Assembly: GCF_006345805.1 (NCBI RefSeq)
Contig: NC_043024.1
Location: forward strand, 13,826,001 to 13,890,000
Direction: 5' to 3'
Origin: Octopus sinensis
Lineage: Eukaryota
Length of the DNA stretch: 64,000 nt
Shown here: in pieces, positions 27,910-41,499 of the stretch
How the letters are laid out: each line of letters begins with the position of its first letter
Position numbering within the stretch: position 1 is the first letter of the stretch
Made by a program: the position numbers and the translations under genes
The notes under the pieces: model-generated
The model's input: only the letters and a program-made list of their open reading frames with translations
Database searches by the model: none
What the model was told of the DNA's origin: nothing

Positions 27910-28621
27910 ATTATATATATATATGATACAGGCATAGACTCGCACATACACATACATATCCATGTATGTATATATATGTAGATTTTGTGTCAGCATGTGT
28001 GATTTGCGTATGTATGCACATTAAGATTTAACGTTCGTTATTCAATAATTCTCCCAGATAAACTAAAATTGCAGTGTTTAGATGATGAGAATTTATTTAC
28101 TGTAAAACCTCCGATATCTATTTAAGCAGCCCCGACATTTATTCCCCTCAGTGGAGCACACAAAATGTATTTTTCACTACTTTTATGAGACATTTATTTT
28201 TCTTCATGGCTACATAAAGCGACCTCTTCTTTCGTTTTCCAATTTCTGCTCTATTTACACTTTCACCAGTTATAAAGCAAACAACGGACACCAACTGTGT
28301 AACTAAAACAAAGCATTGTTTTTAGTTCAGCGACAGTTGACCAAGTGGACATTCAGAGGAACTAGAATATTGCGCCGCGAGGCCGAATCAACGACAAGTT
28401 GCAAACCTTCTTTGATCCGTAGCTGTTGATTATCTACACCCTTTGTTGAATTTCTATTGACTTCAACCCATGGCATCTGCTACATTCTGAATTGCTATGA
28501 GCTATGATCGTTCAAATAACAATTCTAGATAAAATTAAAATGGCACGTCTTTCATTCATTTGTGGTGGAATAAAAGTTTGATTTGTATGTTCGTGTGTGT
28601 GTATATTATATATATGTATGT

Positions 28622-28660
<39 letters not shown>

Positions 28661-28712
28661 TATATATGTGTTTCTCTGTGCATATGTATCTATCAATCTA
28701 TCTGTATATCTA

Positions 28713-28747
<35 letters not shown>

Positions 28748-29093
28748 ATCTATATATCTACCAAAGACTGTATATATATACATGTAATGTGACAATTTGC
28801 GACAACCAATAATTAACGCAACCAAATTTCCAATAATATATTTGTTTTATTCTTTTCTGCCAATTTTTACAAATATTCTCATCACACTATTGAACTTTTT
28901 TATACTATATTTATACATGTAATGTGACAATTATGTATAAAAAAACATTTTTGAATTCATAATATTCAATGTGACAATTATGTAAAAAATTTCTTTGAAC
29001 CCATAATATTCAATGTTACTTTGACAATCTTTTACCAAAGAGTGAAACCGGTTAAGTAAATAAACATCGTTTAAATTGCATTTTCAAACCTTT

Positions 29094-29206
<113 letters not shown>

Positions 29207-29341
29207 ATATATATATATATTTGACTTAGTATTTTTAAATTGAACTCTTTTTCCTTGTAAGTTTGGATTTTATTCCCTCAAATAATAATAAATAATAATA
29301 ATAATGACAATAAGAATATATATATATATATATATATTTGT

Positions 29342-29590
29342 GGAGGCGCGTGGTTTAGTGGTTAGGGTGTGAGCATCATGATCGTAATATTGTGGTTTCG
29401 ATTCCTGGACCAGTCGACGCGTTGTGTTCTTGAGCAAAACACTTCGTTTCAAGTTGCTCCAGTCCACTCAGCTGGCAAAAATTATTAACGCTACGATGGA
29501 CTAGCGTCCCGTACAGCTAGGGTACACATACGCCATTGAAACCACGAAATCAGGCCCATGAAACCTGGTTAGGCTTTAAAAGGGCGCATT
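29342..29590 (+). mobile_element. tRNA-derived SINE with V-domain-like block
   Basis: A-box tggtttagtggtt and B-box ggtttcgattcc. Shares gttgctccagtccactcagctgg with family D, then cgatggactagcgtcccgtacag, which resembles the V-SINE core. Confidence 0.7.
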
Positions 29591-30439
29591 TATTTTATAT
29601 ATAAATATACAAAGCTAGATATATTTACACTTAGATTTTACAGTTGAATCTACAAACAAGAGTGATCAAACGTATTCTGTTTTCAGTCTTAAATGATTGC
29701 AATGTACTCTTCATAATGAGGGCTTGGATTTCCCTGATATTGTATGAATATTTATAGTGACATTCTAACGATTGGTGCGAAGCATTGTATGTCTTGCTTT
29801 AAGAGGTTCTTCGTTATGTGTACGTCTTTTCTCTGCCAAGATTATATTACTTTCAAATAATGAAATTTGCGTCGAAGATACGCGTGTTTATAGAGATAAT
29901 ACTTAACGTGATTATTGCATTGTAATCTTTTCTCTATCTATAAGAGTTTTCGTGTATAATTAACACACAATGTATGACTAACACTTGTATATGTATGCGC
30001 GTGTGTATGTGTGTGTGAGAAAGAAAGAGAGTAAGTGAAGAAAGTGTGTTTGTGTTTTTGTATCCATATAAATTCACGCACAGGCACACGTGCAGGCACG
30101 TATATAGATTGATAGATACTCAGACACACAGTAAGACAGACAAACAGGCAGACAAACGTACAGATAGAGAAATTGATAAACTTCGTAGCTCAATCGCTGC
30201 TACCAGATATACCGGCGCCAACATAACTGTCTCCATCAAAAGCACATCTACAATTAATATCACCGCTAACACCACAAACGGTAGCCGTTACTCCTAGAAC
30301 CATACACTGTCTCTATGGTCACCACCACCGGCAACGATAACAAACGCAATACTAAAAGGACAATAGCAGATGATAAAACAACCATATGAAGAAATATTTC
30401 CCTTTGTTTAGTCTAAGTTGTCTTGCAAACAACTTGTAC

Positions 30440-30960
30440 ATACCAGTGCTACCAGTTAAAAACTCTGCATACCGGTAGCCAGCAAGTGTATAGGGTCATC
30501 AGGAGAGAATGCGCGCCGTTTCGGGGCCTACCTCTCTTCGGCATGAATGCGCACCGGCCCCCCCCTCACTGATATGACGCCCCACTTGCTAGATCAGCTG
30601 GTTATCAAATAAAGCTCTATATCCTACTAGCCATTGCTTATCGTCTCTTTTTAACCAAATCCAGTGGCTAGCCTTCTCCAATGTAGTTTGGATATCGGTC
30701 ATGGTGGTACTGAATTTACGATGAGTTAGGCCTAACGATAACAACAGTCGTCTCACACTGTGTCAAACAAGCCTCCTACACCAAATTCGATCGGAAAATA
30801 ATCTGCTTTCCAGCCTGCGTCTTCACATTCCTCGAGGATGTTTACATAACGGTCAATCTTTCGAGCCCGAGCGGCGTCCTTATTATCTTCACGAGGAACT
30901 GACTAGAATTCAAAAGCAGAGCTCCACGACCTTTTTCAACTTGCAGTGCACTTACGTTCT
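30440..30960 (-). mobile_element. HERO/NeSL-like (R2 superfamily) LINE 3' end: RLE domain and 3' UTR
   Basis: SVPREDNKDAARARKIDRYVNILEECEDAGWKADYFPIEFG, then after a frameshift HSVRRLLLSLGLT..LEKASHWIWLKRDD, typical of the RLE C-terminus of HERO-type elements. Confidence 0.7.
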
Positions 30961-32436
30961 TTTCAAAATTAGGCGGCACACTTGAACTGAAACAATAAGT
31001 AAAAATATAAGGGAAAATATCTATTCAGGTTAGACTGAAACATGCCTAGCATCGTCTCGTTGCACACGAGTGTGCCGCGGCATACTCCATGCACACATCC
31101 CTGCATCTCCACACAAATTGATAGAAACAGCTGGTAAATTTCTTCATATCGTACATGACTAGTTTGAAAATGGAAGGATAGATTTATTTTCTATTCTTCG
31201 ATAACCAAAATATTCACCCATATAACATCTTGAATACATATCTCCCCGATTGTTTGTGTCTTCTATTATAGTTGTTCTTTTTTCACTTACAAGAAATCAC
31301 GTGGATTTGTCCCACAAGCCACTATTAAACCAATGTTTAGGATTAAGGAAAATGGTTTTAATACCACCATTTTAAAAATGCAAATCCATATTTAATATAC
31401 CAAATATAAAATGTTCTATTTCATTTAAATATTTCTTCAGTTATAATAAAATAACTGAAGAAATATTTAAATGAAATAGAACAGTTTAACTGGGTTTATA
31501 CTGCAACATCAACAACAATTACACTTGAAACAATAAAAACAGCATCCAAAGTTAATGAAGTGTGTCAACGCCTGAAATCCATGAAAAGCTAAATGGACGG
31601 AACTAATTGTGAATTAAGAAAGAATTAGTTTAACCACGGCAGAATAGATATTCTGTATGTGACAGAATAGATACTGCTACATTCGCTTAGCTTTTCAAAA
31701 TCTATTGAGCATTTGTTAAGATTTTGAAAAAGAAATAAACATTGCTAACAGCATTTTGAAATGTCCATAATAACAATTGTTTTGTAGCTGGAACGTGTTT
31801 TAACAAATGCAAATGGAGTCTGAGAAAAGATGATGGCGACTTGAAAAGAAATTGGGATATACTATGAAGGTATTGAAATGTATTGGATGGAAAATATTTG
31901 CGTCGTCATCATGATATAAAGATATTGGTGTGTAAACGATGCAGAGAATTGTATTTAAATAAAGGGGAAATTGATACGATACACCACCTCGACAGGAATA
32001 ACATGCTGCAAAGGAACAAAAGTAGAACTGTCTGGAACCTGCTACCTGTCAGAGGAAGTCGTACTAAAACAAGCTGACAAATAATGCACTGAGCGAAAAG
32101 TGGATTCTCCCACTTGCGAATCGGATATTCAGAAAACAATAAAAAAAATATAGAAAAATAACAAGAACCTAATGTATTACACAACATCTCTTTTTTTCCC
32201 CCTTTCACTGTGTCTCCCACCACTTTGTTTTCCTCTTTTTCTCTCTTTTTCTTTTATGCCTCTTTGAAATATTAGCATAACGGGAAGCACAGACAGCAGA
32301 CATTAAAGCCATTAAGAATAAATAATGGTCGGAATGTTTCGACGGATTGGAATGAAATTTAAATAGAAATGTATGTATACATTTCCAGTCTGCGAGGTCT
32401 CATTACATGCCAGCGATGCATTATTAGCACAATTGT

Positions 32437-32449
32437 TGCCGCTACTACT

Positions 32450-32512
<63 letters not shown>

Positions 32513-32546
32513 GATACTAATACTATCATTATTATCATTATCATCA

Positions 32547-32595
<49 letters not shown>

Positions 32596-32960
32596 TATTA
32601 TTATTATTATTGTTGCTGTTGTTGTTGTTATCGTTGTGGTTATTGCCATTATTATCATCATCATCTTCACCTCTTCATCATCATCAACATCATCAACATC
32701 ATCATCCATCATCGCTATTATTGCACTTATTATTACCATCGTCATCAATGTTATTATTTCCATTATTTCATCATCATCATCATCATCATCATCATAATCA
32801 TTATAATCATCATCACCATCACCACCATCACCACCACCATCACCACCACCATCATCATCATCATCATCATTATCATTGTAATTTTTGTTATTGCTGTTGT
32901 TGTTTTCTTTCATGTCGCTTCTGTAGTTGTTGTTATTGTTGTTGTTGTTGTTGTTGTTGC
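32437..32960. repeat. Compound trinucleotide microsatellite (CTA/ATT/GTT/CAT/CAC)
   Basis: Direct inspection. Confidence 0.95.
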
Positions 32961-34245
32961 TTCTCTGGCTGAATTTCTTTGTTGGTTTCTCTACCAGGCA
33001 TGGTTAACAACAGAACTACTTTGAAACAAATTGGTACTTTGGAGCAGTTGAATGTGATAAACATGAAATGGAAGTCTGTTGAAAATGGAAAAAGAAAATA
33101 GCAAAAAAAAAAATTGAAAAAAATAACATTACAACAAACCAAAAATAAAGCATTAAAAAAAATCTGAAAAGAAGGATGCAAAATAAAATAATAAAATAAT
33201 AATATAATTATAAAGCGCAGATAGTAAAATAAAATAAATTCTACAAGGCATAATCAAAGAGAAAGCATTTTAAACAATTATGGCTAACGATTTTGTTTAT
33301 TGACAAAAGGGACAGAAAAGCAAACAAATAAATAAATATAGGAAGAACAAAACGACGAAAAAAATAAAATAAAACGTAAAACAAAATAACGGAAATGTCA
33401 CGATGAAAGAACAAAGCATGTTAAAGGAGTAATTAATTAAAAAAGAGAGATTCAAAGATGGCGGATGTACAATGTAAAAATTTTGATAAGACAAATCACA
33501 TCGCTTGAATGATATGTTAGCGAACATGGTAAATAAAGAAGGGGAAATGACAGAATACTGTGGCATTTAATGTAAATAGAAAGAGGAAAAAAATAATAAA
33601 AATGTAATTTATAACAAGTTATTTCATTTTTGTCTGTTTCTGTTTTGTTTTGTGTTTTTTGTTATTTTTTTAAAGTTCATTATTGTTTTTTGTTAACATT
33701 TATTTCATAAAATCATGACTGAAATAATCTGAATTTTCATGAGAATTGTCTGGTTAAAGTCATTATATAAAATATTTATGCTGAGAAATTCTCCATATGC
33801 ACTGGGGAGCGAGGAATTCTTCATTGTTTGTTCCAAATCTCCATGAAATGATTTCATGAAGAGAATTAAATGTGTGCATGTAACGATACATTCAAATGCC
33901 AGTTTTCATTCGACAATTATTGATTTCATTTTTATCAAGGTACAAAGGAATCTAAAAGTTTTATCTGCGCAGGTTAGAAGGAAGCCCTAACCACCTGCCC
34001 GCTTCGGAGAAAAGATATCCGAAACGTACAGAAATCTCGCTGGGTTAAAAGAATTAAGAAATATTTATGCATGGTTTCCTATGCTGAGCTGATTGTATCT
34101 AGGAAACGAAGCAAACTAATAAATATTGGAATAATAAATATTGGAAAATTGTAATTATTTACGGAAAATATTTTACAAATTAATAAAGAAAAACAGGCAT
34201 GAATATGTAGTTAAGAATATAGCTTTGCAACAATGTGGTTTTAGC

Positions 34246-34581
34246 CTCCTTATGAGAGCTCAAAATCTCTCGTGGAAGCTTCATCCAAACAAAGTACAAA
34301 TATATGGGAAATTAGCACTTGTATCATCTCTTGTGAAAGGTAGAAGAATCTAGTTTGCTGGACATTGTTGTAGAGCTGAAAACGTAATAATTTCTACTCT
34401 TCTCCTCTGGAAGCCATCTGCTCGCGATACCAGAAGGCGCACACTCTCCTACCCTGATGTAATCTCCAGGGATACTGGCATCCAGCCAGAGGACCTCCGT
34501 AATGCTATGATGGACCGTGAACTCTGGCGTAACATAGTAAATTCCATTATCCCGACCACAGTCGAACAATGATGAATGATG
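34246..34581 (+). mobile_element. RTE/RTE-X-like LINE 3' end
   Basis: LLMRAQNLSWKLHPNKVQIYGKL..RRI*FAGHCCRAE..LLLWKPS..RRRTLSYPDVISRDTGIQPEDLRNAMMDRELWR, then a short (GAT)-type tail. Confidence 0.8.
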
Positions 34582-35989
34582 AAATTAGCGTTCCGTCCAA
34601 ATGTTTGGCAGTTTAGGCTACTGTATCAGTGGTTGAGCAATGCTTGTGGGTGAATTTGGTTAGCGGAAATTGTGTAAGCCTTTTGTGTATACATATGTGT
34701 ATGAGATTGTGTTTTTGTTTCCCCTCGCCGCTTGATTACGAGTGTTACTTTGCCTTTGCTCTCTAACTTTAGAAGTGCGAAAAAGGAGAAGGATAGAATA
34801 CTATCTGATATTAAAATTTAAAAAACGTATAAGCACTGAGGTCAATGTGCTCGATTAAAAGCCGTCACGTTCTTGCACTGTTATGGCCACAGAGCAAGGA
34901 ATCAAAGTAATATGAATGAAGTCACAGAAAAATGGCTCAGAATATGTGCAAGGATTTACGACACAAAGCACTGCATACGCCAAAATATGTTTGTTTATGT
35001 AATATGTTGTAGCATGGATAAACTTATTACGCCTAGTCATATATTGACATAATATTAACGAAGACAATCCTCTATTCAACTGCGTCTAGAACTGATGATA
35101 CAAAAAGTAAAGGTAACAATAGAAATAAAAATTACTTATATATATTTTGGAATTTCACAAACGGACGTTCAGATTTCAAGTTGATTGATTGATTGGTCGA
35201 AATGATAATCAAACATTCTCTTAGAGGATTAGCTATCTGCTTGAGCAATTGTAAAATTAACGTTCAAAATAACCAGTGCACGTGTGTATTATTGGCATTA
35301 TGACCCTCCCAATCTACAAGAGAACATCTTTCTACACACAAATTCACATGAGATGACTTGTAAACCAAATTTGTAAACAAAAACATTATGTAACTTCCTA
35401 AAGAAGGACGTATTTCTGTGCGAGCGTGTGTCAGTCAGCTTCTAATAATTTGTGCGTATATACCCAATGAAGTTATTTCTACAGCAGAAACAAATTTCTG
35501 TGAAAATATGTTATGTGTGTCTCTGTCTGTGTGGTATGCGTGTAAAATTCAACATAACATTCTCATATGGGGTTATTAAGTATTAGAATTACAAAATTGA
35601 AATTTATGGTACATAATTGAAAATTATAAATATTTTATGAATCTGTTTCCTAAAGAAAACCACTGGATTGCTTAATGCCGGTAGAAGATTTTTGAATAAG
35701 TAATATGAATTTGAATAAAAAGATAACTTTAGAATAAGTAGTTTAAATAAGAAAAAGTTAATAACTTGTAGTAAATTTCAAACACGCTAATAGTGGTGAG
35801 ATATAAAAGCTGATAAATATATATATGGAAACTACGGCTAACGTACAAAATTTATACTACAAAATATGAGATGCCTAGAAACGGTATAAACAGGTGTACA
35901 CGGAAAGATGGAATCTTAGATATTATATATATGTTATACGTAAAATACAATGGAAGTTAGTTTACTGGTTGGGGGTATTTGTCTGACGA

Positions 35990-36249
35990 TCGTAACAGCC
36001 TCAATTCAATTCACAGCGGCGCGTTGTGTCCATTAGCAAGATGATTTAGTTCGTGTTGTTCCTGTTTATTCTGATGGTAAAAATGGATTGTGCCTGTATT
36101 CCAAAGACCCAGCCTTGTGACACGCTGTGTCACGCTGTATCTCATTCGGAACTACGTTGAGGATACACGTGTCTGTGGAATGCTCAGCCACTTGCAAGTT
36201 AATTTCAGGAACAACCTCTCCTGCTGATAGGATCAACTGGAACATTCGT

Positions 36250-36250
<1 letters not shown>
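35990..36250 (+). mobile_element. Family D SINE, degenerate
   Basis: gtgtcacgctgtatctcattcggaactacgttgaggatacacgtgtctgtggaatgctcagccacttgc matches 12862-13187. Confidence 0.75.
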
Positions 36251-36299
<49 letters not shown>

Positions 36300-36300
<1 letters not shown>

Positions 36301-36398
36301 CGGGAGAGTTTATGAAAAAAACAAAACGCGAAGACAGGTGGTGTACAAAACAAGCAGATGTATTAGTATAACGCTCAGGAATAGAAAAAGTCTTTTAC
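36300..36398. repeat. Interspersed repeat fragment shared with 60295-60445 (possible Penelope pLTR piece)
   Basis: gaagacaggt..aagcag(a/g)tgtattagt(a/t)taac is found reverse-complemented at about 60360-60440. The latter copy retains a gagc-gtaa-gctc hairpin with decayed hammerhead-like flanks. Confidence 0.5.
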
Positions 36399-36657
36399 GT
36401 GGCTATGTGGTAAGTAGCTTGCTTACAAACAACATGGTTCCGGGTTCAGTCCCACTGCATGGCACCTTGGGCAGGTGTCTTCTACTATAGCCTCGGGCCA
36501 ACTAAAGTCTTGTGAGTGGATTTGGTAGGCGGAAACTGAAAAAAACCTGTCGTGTATATGTGTGTGTGTGTTTGTGGCGCACATATATGTTTGTGTGTCT
36601 GTGTTTGTCCCTTCCTCCGCAACATCACCTGAGAGCCGATGCTGGTGTGTTTACGTG
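36399..36657 (+). mobile_element. Family A SINE, 3'-truncated
   Basis: gtggtaagtagcttgcttac..ggttcagtccc..ccttgggcaggtgtcttctactatagcc. Confidence 0.8.
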
Positions 36658-36844
36658 AGTTTATGTGGTCTACCGTTTTAATCTCAACATTGCAGTATCG
36701 ACACTTTGAGTCTACTCCGTGTTTTCATCACATTTGCTTGATAGTTCCGGGTCAGTAAGCTCTGATCTTGAGCAACTAAAATAAAGCAAAAGATACCGAT
36801 AAAATAAGTATACTATAACGAAAAGTTTCAAACAAAATCATGCC

Positions 36845-37150
36845 TCCTCATAAATGTATCTGTTAAGACCTCCCGAAAACAGAGCAAGTATAAAGATCTT
36901 GAATTAGAAATGGCAAAACGTGGAACCTTAAGACTAAAACAATACCTGTTGCCATAGGCGCCCTAGGAATGATAGCACAAGTGGCTCATTTCTGCAAGGT
37001 AGGAATCAGCCCCAAAAAGGCAGGAATTAAAAAAAAAATCCTGAAAAACTTAGAGATACCCTACACTCTAGATGTATTGCAAAAGTATGTATTACTTGGA
37101 ACTGCACGCATATTGCTTAAAGTACTGTTTGATTGAGGTCCTTGTCGTGA
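36845..37150 (+). mobile_element. R4/Dong-like RLE fragment, degenerate
   Basis: INVSVKTSRKQSKYKDLELE..KTKTIPVAIGALGMIA..LQKYVLLGTARIL; clear DNA similarity to 20905-21130. Confidence 0.8.
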
Positions 37151-37657
37151 CTTGACAAACCGCAGAAACTCCCAGTAGATACAATATCTCCAATCAACAA
37201 CCTCAAGATACTGCATACTGTTCGACATTTATACAACTACTACTACTACTACAACTACTAGTACTAAGCATAGTAATAATGACAATAATACGATCGATGA
37301 TTATATACAAGCAATATGTAATTAAATATGTGTGTAAACAAACAAACACATAGGAATGCATATGCAGAATTATATTTATGAATATTCGCGGAGCCGGTAA
37401 TTGGAGCAGAATAATATTAAAAATAGCAACGAATCTGTGATTGCTACAAATATATTATGCCGTTCACATACATTTAACATTTAGATGTGTGATGACAATT
37501 TATTACCGCTGAGATTAAACTAATCTTATTCCTAATTGATTAAAGTCTCAGACCGGGAATTGCTTAATTCAAAGTAACTATGTGATTGCCGAAAGACTAG
37601 ATAGATTCTGAGAAGCTAAGCTATTTATTTATTTCGCTATTCATCTATTTATGGACG

Positions 37658-37710
<53 letters not shown>

Positions 37711-37717
37711 GTATATA

Positions 37718-37757
<40 letters not shown>

Positions 37758-38346
37758 TAAATGTGTGTAGCATGTTGTGGGTTAGTGTTGGTGCCGGAGT
37801 GAGTGTGTGAGGTGCGAGTGGTTGTATGATTTCATTATTGTTTGAGCTAATCAGAGACATCTGTTCGATTCTTCACAACGGTGCAGTAATAAGATAAATC
37901 TACACAACGTCCCTGATTCAATTATGCTGTGGTCTAACGCTTACATACAAAACTGTTTCCAATTTTTCATTATGTACCACGTATATATATATGTGTATGT
38001 GTGGATCTGTCTTTGAGTATGTTTGTGTATATGTGTGTCTATGTGTGTGTTAATATTCCACTCTTGTATGTCAATACTTATAACCTGGTCTTAGAACTCC
38101 ATATATATATATATATATATATATGCTTCAGAACGACGTGTCAGTCGAGTAGAGAGAAGGAATAAGATATTGGAATGACGAAGGGAGAAACAATTAAGTT
38201 ATGATTTCAATTAGTTTCATGTGTTTCTGTTATACGCCTCAGCAATACTCTCTTATCTGAGGTGTTGAAAAGCATTCTGATGATTTACCTGAGATCCAAA
38301 CATGAAGTGCAATATGTATATATATACACACATATATATATATATA

Positions 38347-38390
<44 letters not shown>

Positions 38391-38393
<3 letters not shown>

Positions 38394-38611
38394 ATTTTAA
38401 ATTTAAAATAAGGGTGAGAAATTAGATATTAATTTAATTAACATCGATTTCAAACCAGTGGTCTAGTAAAAAAAACAGAAGTTTCAGTAAAACTGTATTA
38501 TATATATATCTTAGAGGGAAACCACCATGTGGACACCCATATGCTAGATGGTGGTGAGACCGTAGCAGACCTGTTTCTAGCATATGGATGTCCACATGGT
38601 GGTTCCCCTCT

Positions 38612-38672
<61 letters not shown>

Positions 38673-38908
38673 TATATATTTAATTTTAAATTTAAAATAA
38701 GGGTGAGAAATTAGATATTAATTTAATTAACATCGATTTCAAACCAGTGGTCTAGTAAAAAAAAACAGAAGTTTCAGTAAAACTGTATTATATATATATG
38801 TTAGAGGGAAACCACCATGTGGACACCCATATGCTAGATGGTGGTGAGACCGTAGCAGACCTGTTTCTAGCATATGTATGTCCACATGGTGGTTCCCCTC
38901 TAAAATAT

Positions 38909-38910
<2 letters not shown>
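38391..38910. repeat. About 289-bp tandem duplication, each unit holding a 103-bp fold-back (38-bp arms)
   Basis: Units start at 38391 and 38680. Arms 38511-38548 and 38576-38613 match at 36/38 positions; the second hairpin is at 38801-38903. Confidence 0.9.
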
Positions 38911-38985
<75 letters not shown>

Positions 38986-39212
38986 AAGGCATTTCAAACG
39001 TGTTTCGTGTTCTGCTACCACAACAGCTCCTTTATAGGATCCAGTTAGCTCAAGACATCATCAAGAGGAATCACGTCCGGTTTCGGCCCCTACTCCTCTT
39101 CCGCTTCGACGTGGCGGCCCCCACCACTTTCGGAGGTGTCTTCAATTCTGGTGTCGGATGCATGTCTTCTTTCTTCTTTTTTCTTCTGTTCCCCGGCCTC
39201 TTCGATGTAGCA

Positions 39213-39286
<74 letters not shown>

Positions 39287-39544
39287 ATATATATGCTACT
39301 TTCTTTAAAATTGGGTATATTCTAATTTTCCTTTATATAAATACATTAAAAGAAGGATGTTTTCGATTTGTCTTATATGTTTCGGTGTTTCGAAAACCTT
39401 ATCAATATATATATACTAAAATAGAATAAGTAGAGACAAAAGAGCTATTAATAAAATCAAATTAAAATTAAGATTAATATTCATAGTTTAGTTTTCTCTT
39501 ACCTGCAACAGTACGTGGTAATTTCCGTTAATTTTCGTGGCATG

Positions 39545-40605
39545 ACAAGTGTATAATACTATTTCTTCGATTCGTGTTGAATCCCTTTCCGTTCGGGTAT
39601 CCCATGATACTTATAAAGCCTTCTTGATCCATGTCCTTGATAGATATATTCTTATCAGTTTGGGTAGTGCTATTAGCTGTCAGTTTACCACATCTGAACG
39701 AAGCTTTTGCACACTTGCCGAAGCCAAATTTCTCATTGATATCATCACTGAATTCTTCACAGATACTGGTATCCCTTTAATATCCGTGTCATCTTTTGCA
39801 AATAATTTCAGATCATCCACGCAGGGAAAGTGTGAGGTGATCTTGTCAATGATTCTGTAACCGTAATGTATTATATTCCGCGCGTGGTACAAGAAAACAG
39901 GGCAAGGAAGAGGTGGAGAGGAGAGAGTGAATCGCCCTAGAATATTCTACGATCTATTACTCTGATGCATATGACACTTTCTTCTGGTTGAGGAAGAATT
40001 TTTTGTTCCACAGTCCCATACTGTACTGTAGAAAACTTTTTTACGAAAGGAGAGATCTTGTATATATTTTTCCTTTTATCTACCAGAACAATATCTGGTC
40101 TCAACCCATCGATCAGGGAGTCACGTGGGATTGTAAAACCCCACAGTATCTTATATTCATTGTTCTCAGTGACTACTTCTGGTTTATGTTCTTACCATTT
40201 CCGCGCTCTGTCCAGGCGCTACTTTTCCCATAGTCTCCATTCAACAAACTTATCCATGTTGTCATGCCTCCTGTTGCAATGCTTTTTGCTCACCTTTCTA
40301 CGATCCATCAGAATATCTGAGATTGAGGCGTTTTTGCTACCACTAAGAGGCGGTTTGCTACTCTTATCTATAAGGATCTCAGGGTAATTAGTCCTCAGAA
40401 CTTCTTCCTCAACGCTGCATTTCAATGCCCCAGGGCATCCATTCAGGTGACTTTTTCTTTGCCATCTCCAACTGTTGGTCGTGTTTTTTTCCTTCGATTC
40501 CTCGGAGGTGTTGAGCATGAGGGGATTTTCTTTTCCAATTGTTTATCCTTTCTTCATTGCATTTCCTTAAATGTTTGTGGGTGTATCACAGTTTCGGTAA
40601 GAATT
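39545..40605 (-). mobile_element. Two fused R4/Dong-like fragments (CCHC/RLE part, then RT part)
   Basis: 40605-40030: RRHDNM..WRLWEK..YKILW..LRPDIVLVDK. 40030-39545: GDSLSPL..VDDLKLFAKDD..FGKCAKASF. Preceded on its coding strand by (TAA)n. Confidence 0.8.
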
Positions 40606-40608
40606 GTA

Positions 40609-40679
<71 letters not shown>

Positions 40680-40754
40680 TGTAGTAGTAGTAGCAGCTGC
40701 AGTGGATGTGTGTGTTTGGTGGTTATGGGCGTATCCTTAAATATTGCGATTAAT

Positions 40755-41115
<361 letters not shown>

Positions 41116-41499
41116 GGACATCTAGACTTCCGGACTTAAAATATTCCGCTTGCCGAGAAAATTCAAATCCACGTTCAAACTTCATTATTATCTTTCTTTC
41201 GATTTGAAACCGTAAAGTAATTATCAATTCCAATTCTCACCTTAATCATATGTTTATACGCATCATTCCTGAAAGCAAATATCGCTCCAATCAATTGTCA
41301 GTGACATAAAATGAATTAATTTTCATCATCATCAATTTATATGCAACCAGAGTTGTTCATTATGTATTGCTGAAATTAGATGTGGCAGGAGTTTTCAATT
41401 CTGAGAATGTACGCCATTTGTTTATTTCTGTCTGATTGTGTTTCCTGAGACGCCATTAAATGCTTTGTCAAAGCAAATTCATGATTGCGTCAGCAACGT

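Noticed and set aside
30480-30560. GAAAC..CTGATGA cores in the HERO-like 3' UTR (minus strand)
   Set aside because: No NUH triplet with stem I, and the stem II closing pair would be C-C, so not a canonical hammerhead.
38990-39420. Several hammerhead-like fragments on the minus strand (TTGATGA..GAAACAC; TTGATAA..GAAACATA)
   Set aside because: Core substitutions and missing stem I; possibly old pLTR debris but unsupported.
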